From an uncultured Flavobacteriaceae bacterium (lineage in GTDB: Bacteria; Bacteroidota; Bacteroidia; Flavobacteriales; Flavobacteriaceae), in NCBI GenBank assembly GCA_963972425.1, contig CAXAUF010000010.1:3013-67012 (forward strand): DNA of 64,000 nt. Direction: 5' to 3'. Numbering within the stretch: the stretch's first letter is position 1; every line of letters begins with the position of its first letter. Below are positions 26,790-36,894 of the stretch, one piece after another. The notes below the pieces were generated by a model, which was not told the origin of the DNA, searched no databases, and saw only the letters and a list, made by a program, of their open reading frames with translations. A program made the position numbers and the translations under genes.

Positions 26790-29296
26790 TTAATTCTTTA
26801 TTAGTTTTAAATTGATTTTTGAATCATTCATTATCAATTGAATAATATATAATCCATTTGGAAGATTAGTGGCATTTATATATAATTGATCTTCTAATTC
26901 TTCAATAGAAACTAAGCCATTTAGATGCTTACCAAGCATATCATAAATATCAATTTTATAATTGCTATTAAAATTCATGCCTTTTACTTCAACAATATTT
27001 CTAGTAGGGTTTGGAGAAAGAAATATATTACTAGTATCTAATTCATACTCTTCAGTCCCCAGAGTAATTTGATTATAATTATACATGGATTCGCCATATT
27101 CGTTATAAGACTTTATTCTAAAGCGATATTCTACATTTGACAGTAAATTATTAGCAATTGTTAAACTATAACTTGTTAAATCTTTATCGGCCAAAATGTG
27201 AAATTCTTCTCCAGTGTTTTCATTTTCTAAAATAAATCCTTTGATACAGGGAGGGTTTGTTGCTTCCCAATTAAACAATATAGAATCAACAGTATTATCT
27301 AATACTTGACTATCAAAGTTTAACACCATATCTGGGTTTGTACATCTTTCAAAAAATGCTGTAATCTCAAGATTCTCTTCAGGTATCGTATAAAAATCCT
27401 CATTTAAAACTTCGGACCAATGACTTAATCTATATATGGCATTTTCTCCGTCAATAATCTGAAAATCAGGAGAGCCTATTTCCAATATTAAATTCTCTAC
27501 AAAAACCTTTGTTGTTGGTGTTTCATAGCTTGGACCATCTATATTTACTTGAAGACTTTCAGGTGAGGTTAAAAACGTAACTTCTGTTGTTTTAGGGAAA
27601 ATCTCAACAGATTCTTCAGTTATTTGACCAAAATTATCTCTTACCTTTACGATAAACCTAAACCAAACATTTGAAGACGTCTCGCCTGCATCTGGAATTG
27701 TATAGTATCCACTTCTCACGCCTGATGCCACTGAAGGTCCATCATGTATGTGATCATTATGAAGAAATTCAACAAACCACTCGAAATTTTCTGACGAAAT
27801 CTCACCATCAACTATATCTGTTGCGGAGGCTTCAAAGTATATTGTTTCACCTGCTTGATATAGACTAGTACTTAAAGGATAGCTCAAGGTTACATCAGCA
27901 GGTGCATCATAAGGGACAACTGTTAAATAAAAGAAATCACTCCATGCTTCGCCAAAGTTATTAAATACCCTTACTTGATATTCACCTTCATAACCCGAAT
28001 GTGTTCCGCCAAAACTATAAACATTAGAATTGGGTCCATTATTAAGTCTATTTCCATCTCTAAACCATTCATAATTTAAAGTTTCAGCCCCTGCTGCTCT
28101 TAACTCAAATCTAGTACGCTCCCCATCCATAGTAACTGTATCTTCCGGAGATTGAAGCACTATGGGCTCATTACCTTCATAATAATCAATTTTATAAAAA
28201 ACATTATATATACGACTAAAGTAATAGAAGTAACCATCTGGACTCAATTTTAGGTATACGCCTCCTCTTGGGATATCTGTGCCAAATGTTTCCCTAGTAT
28301 CAGATAAATCATGTATATGATCATGCCCATCGAATTCCGGCGTAATTGTATTAATCCATTGTTTATTAAAATCTATAAAAAAGTATTTATTTACATATTC
28401 TTGTGGATACATAGGAGTAATTGTTTCATAAAATGCGCCACCAGTTAGTGCGTCACCTGCCATTCCCTGTTCTCCAAAATGTGGATAAGCATAAGTTGGT
28501 TCATCGTATACTGAAGTAGAAGTAGTATTTAGACCCTCTTCGATAGGCCACCCAAAATTTCGATTACTTTGACTAGCATCATTAATTTCTTCCCATTCAT
28601 CTTTTCCAACATCATTAATAAATATCGTACTAGATTCTCTATGAATATTCATTGTATAAGGATTTCTAAGGCCAATCCCCCAAAATAACTCTTGTACACC
28701 ACCTTCTCCGTAATACGGATTGTCGGTTGGAACACTACCATCTTTATGAATACGCAAAACTTTACCATGAGTAGTATTCATGTCTTGCGCATTAGTTGGA
28801 GTACTATTATCACCTGTTGTTGTGAATAAATAGCCATTATTATCAATTACAATAGCACCACCTGTATGCCAAATAGCAGTTAATGGACTTAAATCTATTA
28901 GAATTTGTTCTGAATCTAAATCTATTGTTGAATTTAAAAATTCAAATCTAGAAACCCTATTGTGAGTTGAGTCCTCTGTGGTATAAGTAACGTAAATATA
29001 TGGTGAAGTTGGATAATCTGGATCAACTTGTATCCCAACTAATCCTCTGTCTCCTGATGTTACAGTAATTGTTGGAATTCTTACAATTGGTCTTCTATTA
29101 AATCATTATTTTGAATTAAATAAACATAACCACTTTGATTAGCGAGCAAAGCCGTGTCTTCATCTATAAATGTAAAGCAACTAATATTTTCTAATTCATC
29201 TGTCACTTCAACAAGTGAGAATCCCACAGGTAAATTTTGAGCTGTAGTGACATTAAAAAAAAGTATAACTAAAAAACTGCTAATAATGAATCTCAT
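26790..29296 (-). pseudogene. T9SS-secreted multidomain protein (PQQ-dependent sugar dehydrogenase-like propeller, Ig-like and Fn3-like domains, Por C-terminal sorting domain), interrupted by one frameshift
   Basis: A signal-peptide ORF at 29081-29296 (MRFIISSFLVILFFNVTTAQ). My translation shows the 663-aa frame is open up to 29102 (FNRRPIVRIPTITVTSGDRGLVGIQVDPDYPTSPYIYVTYT...). The frames therefore switch within 29084-29102. The total length of 2507 nt needs +1 nt to be in frame. Motifs include NFGWPIEEG and a C-terminal T9SS tail (LSPNPTRNIVEV...LPNGLYIIQL). Confidence 0.7.
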
Positions 29297-29333
29297 GTTT
29301 TAATAAATTTTCCGTTAATATATTGAAATCTTA

Positions 29334-29341
29334 CAAATATA
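29334..29341 (-). promoter_or_regulatory. Candidate -7 box TATATTTG for the T9SS cargo gene
   Basis: Plus-strand caaatata is the reverse complement. It lies 38 nt upstream of the ATG at 29296. Confidence 0.3.
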
Positions 29342-29374
29342 ATTTAACTTTTATTATTAACCATTTTTTTTGAG

Positions 29375-30655
29375 TTAAAACACGGTTTTACGAATATAAA
29401 TATAACTTGTAATGTTCCAAAAGGCTAAACTTATTGCTGTTGCAGTAGCAACTCCATTTATTCCATGTTTCTCAACTAATAATATATTTAAAGTTATATT
29501 AATTATTAAGGCAATAAATAGAATGTTTTGAAATACTTTTTGTCTTCCAGTCATTTGTAGAATAGAACCAACAGGTCCGCATACTGCATTGAACAGTTGG
29601 CCAACGCATAAAATGATTAATGCTGTCGAGCCTAACTTAAAATCTTCACCAAAAAACCTTAAAATAATGTCTTTAAATAATATAATTACAATAACGACCA
29701 ACAATGAAATTATTAAATTAACTATTGTAGAGAATTTAACCAACTTTTTAAATAAAGCCATATCATTATCATGGAAAGCAGATGATAGTTTAGGCGCTAA
29801 AATAGAATCAATAGCTTGAAAAGTAAAGCTGGTCACTGCAGCAATCTTTAAAACGACACTATAAACTCCTACAACACTACTCTCTCTATAAATACCTAAA
29901 ATAATAGTATCAGACCATCCCAAAAACACAATCATGGATGCAGAAAAAAGCATAGGTAAAGACTTTAAAACAAAGCCTTTCGATTTATAATTTGTGTGTT
30001 TTGAGAGTGGAAATAAATATTTATAAATATAAATAATCGAAATCAAAAATAACACAAATATACCTAGCGTATGAGCTATAATACTGGTTACTGGCGTTGA
30101 TTCATAAATTAAAATAAATACACCTAAAAAAAGCAATGAAAAAACAAAACGACCACCATTAAACAAAAAAGAATACAACGCATTTTTTTTTAACCCTCTA
30201 AATACTCCTGCATTTAAAAGAATAAATGTAAAGAACATAACACAAGGTGCCGTCCATTTTAAAAATATACTTAATTCTGGATCATTAAAAACATAATTAC
30301 TAATTTCATCTGAAAACACGAAAATTATGGTGGATACAATACATGTTAAGCCTAAAACAAATGGAACTATTTTAAAATAGATGCCTTTTGCATTATCATA
30401 ATTATTTTTAATTGCAAAAATTTTCACAAAATGGGTATCAACTCCCAATCTGCAGAACAAAGCACCAATAATCATAAATGAAAAACTTAAGGCTAAACGA
30501 CCTTGTGTTTCAGCGCCATAAAGTTTTACGGTATAAAAAATAAATACATATCCCGCTAAAAATCCTAGTACTCTAATAAGCAAAGCAACAAGACCCTTTT
30601 TCATTAGCTCAGAAAGGTCTTGGTTACTTATAGCTTTTTGTATTTTTGATATCAA
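29375..30655 (-). CDS. wzx: Wzx-type polysaccharide flippase (MOP superfamily)
   Basis: 426 aa with about 12 TM helices and the typical polysaccharide biosynthesis protein C-terminal region. Confidence 0.8.
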   Translation of the reverse strand: MISKIQKAISNQDLSELMKKGLVALLIRVLGFLAGYVFIFYTVKLYGAETQGRLALSFSFMIIGALFCRLGVDTHFVKIFAIKNNYDNAKGIYFKIVPFVLGLTCIVSTIIFVFSDEISNYVFNDPELSIFLKWTAPCVMFFTFILLNAGVFRGLKKNALYSFLFNGGRFVFSLLFLGVFILIYESTPVTSIIAHTLGIFVLFLISIIYIYKYLFPLSKHTNYKSKGFVLKSLPMLFSASMIVFLGWSDTIILGIYRESSVVGVYSVVLKIAAVTSFTFQAIDSILAPKLSSAFHDNDMALFKKLVKFSTIVNLIISLLVVIVIILFKDIILRFFGEDFKLGSTALIILCVGQLFNAVCGPVGSILQMTGRQKVFQNILFIALIINITLNILLVEKHGINGVATATAISLAFWNITSYIYIRKTVF

Positions 30656-30682
30656 TTGAGAATGGTATTTAATCGGTTATTT

Positions 30683-32071
30683 TTATAAATTGGTTACCCA
30701 AATAGGTTGACCTATAACACCTTGATATTTATCTTTATTATATAAAAACAATTTAATTTTTTCGAACTCTTTGATTTGTGTATTTATTTGCAGTAAAATT
30801 TCATTCTCTTTTGTTTCCTCTAATAAAACATTATGTAAATCAAAATCATTACCTTTTTGCTTACTTCTATCACTAATTAAATTTTTAAAGCTCTCTTCTG
30901 GATAAATATGTACTCCTAACCTATATTTTTTCAACTCCTTTTTGGAAGTTGAAGAATCAAAAACAATTTTAATATCGAAACCATTTTTTTTCTTAATAAC
31001 ATTATAACTACTAATACTTATTAAATCATTTAGTCTATAAGATTTGGATTTTGCTTGATAAAGTATTTCATTAAATTTACTAATATTCTTTTCTTTAAAA
31101 TCAAGTTTATCTAAATCAAAATTTAATAAAATTTTCTTTTCTATAATATTAGCAAAATGAGTTGATACTTTTTTTGCCCCTCTATTATTTAGGTGAGTAG
31201 GATCCTTAAAATCTTCTTTAGATAAAGATAATTCATCCCAATAATTATTGTAATCTAGAAATGGGATATTAATACTTTTTAGATATTTTGCAATTAAATC
31301 TTGATATAATAAATATTTATCACTAAAATTAATATTAAATGAAGGTGCGCTACAAAAAATTAATGGAATATCAGACTCTTTAAATTTACATATAATATCA
31401 TCTATTATAGCTTTTTCAACATTTGATAAATTCTTTAAATTCTTTTTACTTTTCTTATTATAATTATCTTGCTCTTTCTTGTACTTATTAAATACCTCAT
31501 CATTAAATGTATTATTTGAAGTATAAAACCCATTGTGAAAATATTTTTTATTTATAATATACTCTTTATTAAAGTTAGGCTCTTTCCAAGCATTATGATT
31601 TCTAATGGTTGGAAACATATTAGGAATATTTTTAACCCCATAAATAGAAATAAATCCTTTAACTTTAGACCAAGATAAACCTAAATTATCAAAGGTCTCA
31701 TATTGTAAATTTTTAGGGTTTTCATTAAGAACTGTTTCCAAGCTCATTGAAAAGATGTCTACAATAGCTAGTTTTATATTTTCATTATTTAGTACCATGT
31801 CAATGACAGGTTCTGTAGCTCTTAATCTTTGAGCTGAAGCTCCAAAATTAAAAGTATACAAGCCGGTTATAGAGTCAAACACTTTAGGATTATATGTAGA
31901 ATATGCATGAGAACTCCCAAAAATTGCTATTTCAACATTACCTTTTACTTGTTCATAAACACCATTAGTATATGAACTTTGTGTGTTTTGTTTAAAAAAA
32001 GGATCCGTAAAACTTAAAGTGACTAAAACAAGAATTAAAATGATACTGCTATTTATAATAAATTTTTTCAT
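30683..32071 (-). CDS. Membrane-anchored SGNH/DltD/AlgJ-like partner of the MBOAT (O-acyl transfer to glycan)
   Basis: An N-terminal TM anchor, a block-I-like IAIFGSSHAY and a block-V-like FKDPTHLNNRGAKKVS (D-x-x-H). It lies immediately downstream of the MBOAT. Confidence 0.6.
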   Translation of the reverse strand: MKKFIINSSIILILVLVTLSFTDPFFKQNTQSSYTNGVYEQVKGNVEIAIFGSSHAYSTYNPKVFDSITGLYTFNFGASAQRLRATEPVIDMVLNNENIKLAIVDIFSMSLETVLNENPKNLQYETFDNLGLSWSKVKGFISIYGVKNIPNMFPTIRNHNAWKEPNFNKEYIINKKYFHNGFYTSNNTFNDEVFNKYKKEQDNYNKKSKKNLKNLSNVEKAIIDDIICKFKESDIPLIFCSAPSFNINFSDKYLLYQDLIAKYLKSINIPFLDYNNYWDELSLSKEDFKDPTHLNNRGAKKVSTHFANIIEKKILLNFDLDKLDFKEKNISKFNEILYQAKSKSYRLNDLISISSYNVIKKKNGFDIKIVFDSSTSKKELKKYRLGVHIYPEESFKNLISDRSKQKGNDFDLHNVLLEETKENEILLQINTQIKEFEKIKLFLYNKDKYQGVIGQPIWVTNL

Positions 32072-32074
32072 ATT

Positions 32075-33531
32075 CTAAAATTGAAAATAAATAAATTCTG
32101 AAACACTATTTTCCCCATAAACACCGAAAATTAATATGATAAAAATAATAGTTAGGTAAATACCATATCGAAAAATCACCCCTTGTTTATTTAAAGCAGA
32201 AATTACACGTTGTTTTTTATGATAATAATCAAAACATATTAAACAAACAATCGATAAAATTGCAATTATAATTTCTACTTGCCCTAAACCTAATTCTATA
32301 ATTTTATGCTCATTTTTAGTACTCGTAAAATTACTTATTACATATAACGCATCTTTAAAACTATTTGCCCTAAAAAACACCCAAGCAAAGCAAACAGTAA
32401 CAAATGTAATTGTCATAAAAAAATGTTAGACCCAGCGCTATTAAGATTAAAATTAATAGTTTTCAAAAATCCATGAAGCTTTGGTTTGAACGCTTTTTCA
32501 AGAACAATAATTAATCCGTGAATTGCTCCCCAAATAACAAATGTAATGGCCGCTCCATGCCATAGACCGCTTACAAAGAACACTATAAAAAGATTTGCAT
32601 ACGTTCTATATGTTCCTTTACGGCTTCCACCTAAAGGGATATACACATAATCTCTAAACCATGTTGATAGTGAGATATGCCAACGTCTCCAAAACTCTGT
32701 TATGGATTTTGAAAAATAAGGACTATCAAAATTCTTCATTAAATCAAAGCCCATAGTCCTAGCTAATCCAATTGCAATATCAGAATAACCTGAAAAATCA
32801 CAATAAATTTGGAAAGCAAAAAATACAGTTGCAATAATTAAATCTAAACCACCATGATCCGTTGGATTATTATAAACCTGATTAACTAGAATAGCCAAAC
32901 GGTCTGCAATTACCATTTTTTTAAACAACCCAAAAGCTACAAGTAATAAGCCCGACTTTACTTGCTTGTAATTAAACTTATATGTTTTATAAAATTGTGG
33001 TAATAAATGAGAAGCGCGTTCTATTGGTCCAGCTACAAGTTGAGGGAAAAATGCAACAAACGTAAAAAATGACAACGCATCTTTTGTTGGTTTTAATTGC
33101 TTTCTATAAATATCAATAGTGTAACTTAAGGTTTGAAACGTGTAAAAACTAATACCAACAGGAAGTATAATATTTAAGGTTGATATTTCTAAATTCTCTC
33201 CAAAAAGTTTAAAGGAAGATACAAACGTATCAATGAAAAAGTTCGTATATTTAAAATAGACTAAAAACCCCAAGTTTACGAGTAAACTAACTAACAATAG
33301 TCGTTTTCTTTTCGCTTTTCCTTCTGTTTCATAGAGTTTCTTACCAACGTAGTAATCAACAAAAGAACTAAATGCTATTAAAAATAGAAAACGCCAATCC
33401 CACCAACCATAAAAGAAATAACTAGCAACTAATAAAAATATATTTCTTAATTTCAGGTTATCTGAAACAAGCCAATATAAAACAAAAAATATAGGAAAAA
33501 AGACAGCAAAATCAATAGAGTTAAATAGCAT
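32075..33531 (-). pseudogene. MBOAT-family O-acyltransferase (AlgI/DltB-like) split into two ORFs at a T7 tract
   Basis: ORF 32413-33531 carries the MBOAT core (FWRRWHISLSTWFRDYVYIPLGG, GLWHGA). ORF 32075-32416 carries the usual C-terminal end (FVTVCFAWVFFRANSF). They overlap as ATGA next to an A7 run at 32417-32423 (T7 on the coding strand). One extra T would give a single 486-codon frame (..SNIFFMTITFV..). Confidence 0.75.
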
Positions 33532-33547
33532 CGTTTTTTCTATTTAT

Positions 33548-34801
33548 TTAAACAATCATTCCTGCTGCAACAGTTTCATTGGTGGCATCGTCTACCAATA
33601 TAATACTTCCAGTTGTTCTATTTTCCCTATATGAATCGACCATCAACGGTTTTGTGGTTCTAATTTTCACTTTAGCAATATCGTTCATATTCAGTTCAGG
33701 ATTGTCCGAAATCCGATCTAAGGTATTTATATCATATTTATAAATAACCTCTTTTATCATGGCTGTTTGTTCGTTAGATGTGTGTCTAATAGAATATTTA
33801 GAACGTGGTTTTGCTGAATCATTATTTAACCAACATAACATAACTTCAATATCCTGGGATGGTTCAGGTTTGTTGTTAGAACGTACAATCATATCACCAC
33901 GACTAATGTCAATATCATCTTCCAATGTAATGGAAACAGACATGGAAGCAAAGGCTTCTTCTAATTCTTTATCGAGTGTATCAATAGATTTAATTTTAGA
34001 CGTAAATCCAGATGGTAAAACCGTAATATCATCTCCTTTTCTAAAAATTCCACTTGCTACGCGACCTGCATATCCTCTATAATCTATAAACCCTTCGCTT
34101 TGAGGTCTTAAAACGGTTTGAACTGGAAAACGAGCATCTACTTTATTAATATCGCTACTAATGTGCATGGTTTCTAATGTATGCAACATTGGTGCGCCTT
34201 GATACCAGGACATATTTTCAGATTTATTTACTACATTATCACCTAATAAAGCAGACATAGGAATAAAACGAACATCGGTAACCAATAATTTAGATGCAAT
34301 TTCTTCAAATTCTGAAACAATAGTATTGTAAACATCTTCTGAAAAATCTACTAGATCCATTTTATTAACACAAACAATAATATGTGGTATTTGTAATAAA
34401 GAAGCAATAAATGCATGTCTTTTAGTTTGCTCAATTACACCATGTCTAGCATCAATTAATATAGTGGCAACATTAGCAGTAGATGCACCTGTTACCATAT
34501 TCCGAGTATATTGAATATGACCTGGTGTATCTGCAATTATAAATTTACGCTTTGGAGTTGTGAAATATCTGTAGGCAACATCAATAGTAATACCTTGTTC
34601 ACGTTCATCACGTAAACCATCCGTAAAAAGCGCTAAATCTACGCCTTCATGCCCTTTCTTTCTGCTAGTATTTTCAATAGCCTTTAATTGGTCTTCAAAA
34701 ATAGATTTTGAATCGTATAATAAACGACCAATTAACGTGCTTTTCCCATCATCAACGCTACCTGCTGTAGTAAAACGTAATAATTGATTGTTATCTATCA
34801 T
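33548..34801 (-). CDS. cysN: Sulfate adenylyltransferase subunit 1 (GTPase)
   Basis: G1 GSVDDGKSTLIGRL, G3 DTPGH and G4 NKMD. The track start at 34867 adds 22 low-complexity residues across a hairpin. The ATG at 34801 (MIDNNQLLRFTTAGSVDDGKST) is the more credible start. Confidence 0.9.
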   Translation of the reverse strand: MIDNNQLLRFTTAGSVDDGKSTLIGRLLYDSKSIFEDQLKAIENTSRKKGHEGVDLALFTDGLRDEREQGITIDVAYRYFTTPKRKFIIADTPGHIQYTRNMVTGASTANVATILIDARHGVIEQTKRHAFIASLLQIPHIIVCVNKMDLVDFSEDVYNTIVSEFEEIASKLLVTDVRFIPMSALLGDNVVNKSENMSWYQGAPMLHTLETMHISSDINKVDARFPVQTVLRPQSEGFIDYRGYAGRVASGIFRKGDDITVLPSGFTSKIKSIDTLDKELEEAFASMSVSITLEDDIDISRGDMIVRSNNKPEPSQDIEVMLCWLNNDSAKPRSKYSIRHTSNEQTAMIKEVIYKYDINTLDRISDNPELNMNDIAKVKIRTTKPLMVDSYRENRTTGSIILVDDATNETVAAGMIV

Positions 34802-34826
34802 GTTTTGTATTTGAATTTTTAAAATG

Positions 34827-34847
34827 ACCTTTAGCTTCGCTAAAGGT
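34827..34847 (-). other. 9-bp-stem hairpin in the cysD-cysN spacer
   Basis: acctttagc-ttc-gctaaaggt, a perfect inverted repeat read directly. No clear U-run follows on the minus strand. Confidence 0.6.
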
Positions 34848-34876
34848 TGAATTTTGAAATTTAACAATTAAAATTT

Positions 34877-35782
34877 TTAAAAATAACCTTGTCGCTTTCT
34901 ATCTTCCATAGCGGACTCCGAACGTTTATCATCACTTCTGTTTCCGCGTTCTGTGTTACGCATTCCTGCAACTTCTATAGCAATTTTTTCTAGAGTATCT
35001 GCATCCGATTCATCACCACCTGTAATAGTAATATCACCCAAAGTTCTAAATCGAATTTTTTTAGTTACCACCTCTTCATGAGTTTCCAGAATTAAAAATT
35101 CGGAATTTGGTATCCATGTACCATCACGCTTTACAACTTCGCGCTCATGTGCAAAATATAAAGATGGAATAGCAATATTTTCTCTTTTTATATAATTCCA
35201 AACATCCATTTCAGTCCAGTTACTAATAGGAAAAGCTCTAAAATGTTCGCCTTGAAAATGCTTACCGTTAAATATATTCCATAATTCAGGACGTTGATTT
35301 TTAGGGTCCCATTGTCCAAAATCGTCTCTGTGTGAAAAGAAACGTTCTTTGGCACGTGCTTTCTCTTCATCACGACGTCCGCCACCAATGGCGCAATCTA
35401 TTTTATTAGATTCTATAGCATCTAGAAGCGTTGTAATCTGTAGCGCATTTCTTGTGGCATTTTTACCTTTTTCTTCAGTTACACGACCATCATCAATAGA
35501 TTCTTGAACGGATCCCACTATAAGATCAACTCCTAATTCCTCTATTATATCATCTCTAAATTGAATGGTTTCCGGAAAATTATGACCGGTATCCACGTGC
35601 ATTAATGGGAATGGGATTTTAGCAGGATAAAAAGCTTTTTTAGCCAAATGGGTTATCAAAATGGAATCTTTACCACCTGAAAACATGATTACTGGATTTT
35701 CAAATTGCGCCCAAACTTCGCGTAAAATAAAAATGGCCTCACTTTCTAACTCGTCTAAATAATTTAAATAATATTTACTCAT
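34877..35782 (-). CDS. cysD: Sulfate adenylyltransferase subunit 2
   Basis: PP-loop MFSGGKDS and typical CysD length and C-terminus (MEDRKRQGYF). Confidence 0.93.
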   Translation of the reverse strand: MSKYYLNYLDELESEAIFILREVWAQFENPVIMFSGGKDSILITHLAKKAFYPAKIPFPLMHVDTGHNFPETIQFRDDIIEELGVDLIVGSVQESIDDGRVTEEKGKNATRNALQITTLLDAIESNKIDCAIGGGRRDEEKARAKERFFSHRDDFGQWDPKNQRPELWNIFNGKHFQGEHFRAFPISNWTEMDVWNYIKRENIAIPSLYFAHEREVVKRDGTWIPNSEFLILETHEEVVTKKIRFRTLGDITITGGDESDADTLEKIAIEVAGMRNTERGNRSDDKRSESAMEDRKRQGYF

Positions 35783-36303
35783 TATTTATTGCTTTTATCA
35801 TCTAATAAAATATCTAATACTTTAAAACCTCCTAAATTACCAGAGCCTTTCCAATCTTTTCGTTTATAAATATATGCTGAAATACTATCAAAATATTTTA
35901 CCTCGTCCACTACTTTGGTTGCAATAATATATTTGCTTCCATCAATTTCTGATAAAACAGGCTCGAATGTCATTAACAAAGGCTTTTTTAAATTTCTATC
36001 AAAGCCACGAATACCTAAACTATAAGCTTCAACCGTTTCATTTGTTGTACTGTCATTTAATTTAAACACAAACCCTATAAGACTATCATTTGTTTTTTGA
36101 ATCCCAAATTTTTCAACTTTATAATTATCTAAAAATCGCTCATTTACGTCTCTATAGTCTAAAAGTGATTGTTCAAAAGACACTGCTTCCGGTTTCGTCG
36201 AGTCTGAAACTGTTTCATTAACATCAGCATTCTCATTATTCTTATCCGATTTACAAGCTATAAAAGTAATAGCTATTAATAAAATAAAAATTCCTTTTTT
36301 CAT
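35782..36303 (-). CDS. Small lipoprotein of unknown function embedded in the PAPS operon
   Basis: 173 aa with a lipobox (LLIAITFIAC). Its stop overlaps the cysD start (TAATG). It starts 3 nt after the cysC stop. Confidence 0.6.
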   Translation of the reverse strand: MKKGIFILLIAITFIACKSDKNNENADVNETVSDSTKPEAVSFEQSLLDYRDVNERFLDNYKVEKFGIQKTNDSLIGFVFKLNDSTTNETVEAYSLGIRGFDRNLKKPLLMTFEPVLSEIDGSKYIIATKVVDEVKYFDSISAYIYKRKDWKGSGNLGGFKVLDILLDDKSNK

Positions 36304-36306
36304 AAT

Positions 36307-36894
36307 TTATAATTTTTGGTTTATAAAATCTACGATGCGTTTTGATGCGTTTTCAACGCTTTCGTTTTCGGTTAATATTTCAATATCCGGATTTTCAGGC
36401 GCTTCATAAGGTGCTGAAATTCCTGTCATGTTTTTTATTTCGCCTGCTCGTGCTTTTTTGTAAAGTCCTTTTACATCGCGACGCTCACATTCTTCTATAC
36501 TCGTATTAACGTAAACTTCAACAAAGTTAACATCTTTAACGATACTTTTTATATTCTCACGGTCTTTTTTATAGGGCGATACAAAAGCCGCAAGCACCAC
36601 CAAACCAGCTTCTACCATTAAGTTAGCAGTTTCGGCAATTCTACGAATATTTTCTGTTCTATCTTCTGGTGAAAACGTTAAATCGTTGTTGATACCTTTT
36701 CTAATGTTATCGCCATCTAAAGTATAGGTTTTTATACCTTGCTTAAATAATTTTTGTTCTACCACATTAGCTATAGTAGATTTTCCAGAACCTGAAAGTC
36801 CTGTAAACCATATTAAAAAAGAGTTATGCCCATTTAAACTCCTTCTATCATTTACTGATATTTGATACTCGTGTGAAATGATGTTTTCTTTCAT
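36307..36894 (-). CDS. cysC: Adenylylsulfate (APS) kinase
   Basis: P-loop FTGLSGSGKSTIA and LDGDNIR, typical of CysC. Confidence 0.93.
   Translation of the reverse strand: MKENIISHEYQISVNDRRSLNGHNSFLIWFTGLSGSGKSTIANVVEQKLFKQGIKTYTLDGDNIRKGINNDLTFSPEDRTENIRRIAETANLMVEAGLVVLAAFVSPYKKDRENIKSIVKDVNFVEVYVNTSIEECERRDVKGLYKKARAGEIKNMTGISAPYEAPENPDIEILTENESVENASKRIVDFINQKL

Noticed and set aside
26760-29374. Insertion sequence or transposon carrying the T9SS gene
   Set aside because: There is no transposase or integrase ORF, no terminal inverted repeats and no target-site duplication that I could see. The flanking similarity is wzx-to-wzx homology (about two-thirds identical), which fits homologous cassette replacement better.
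33759-35388. ORF 33759-34082 (+) inside cysN and ORF 35188-35388 (-, alternative frame) inside cysD
   Set aside because: They are nested in strongly supported genes and have no independent signals.
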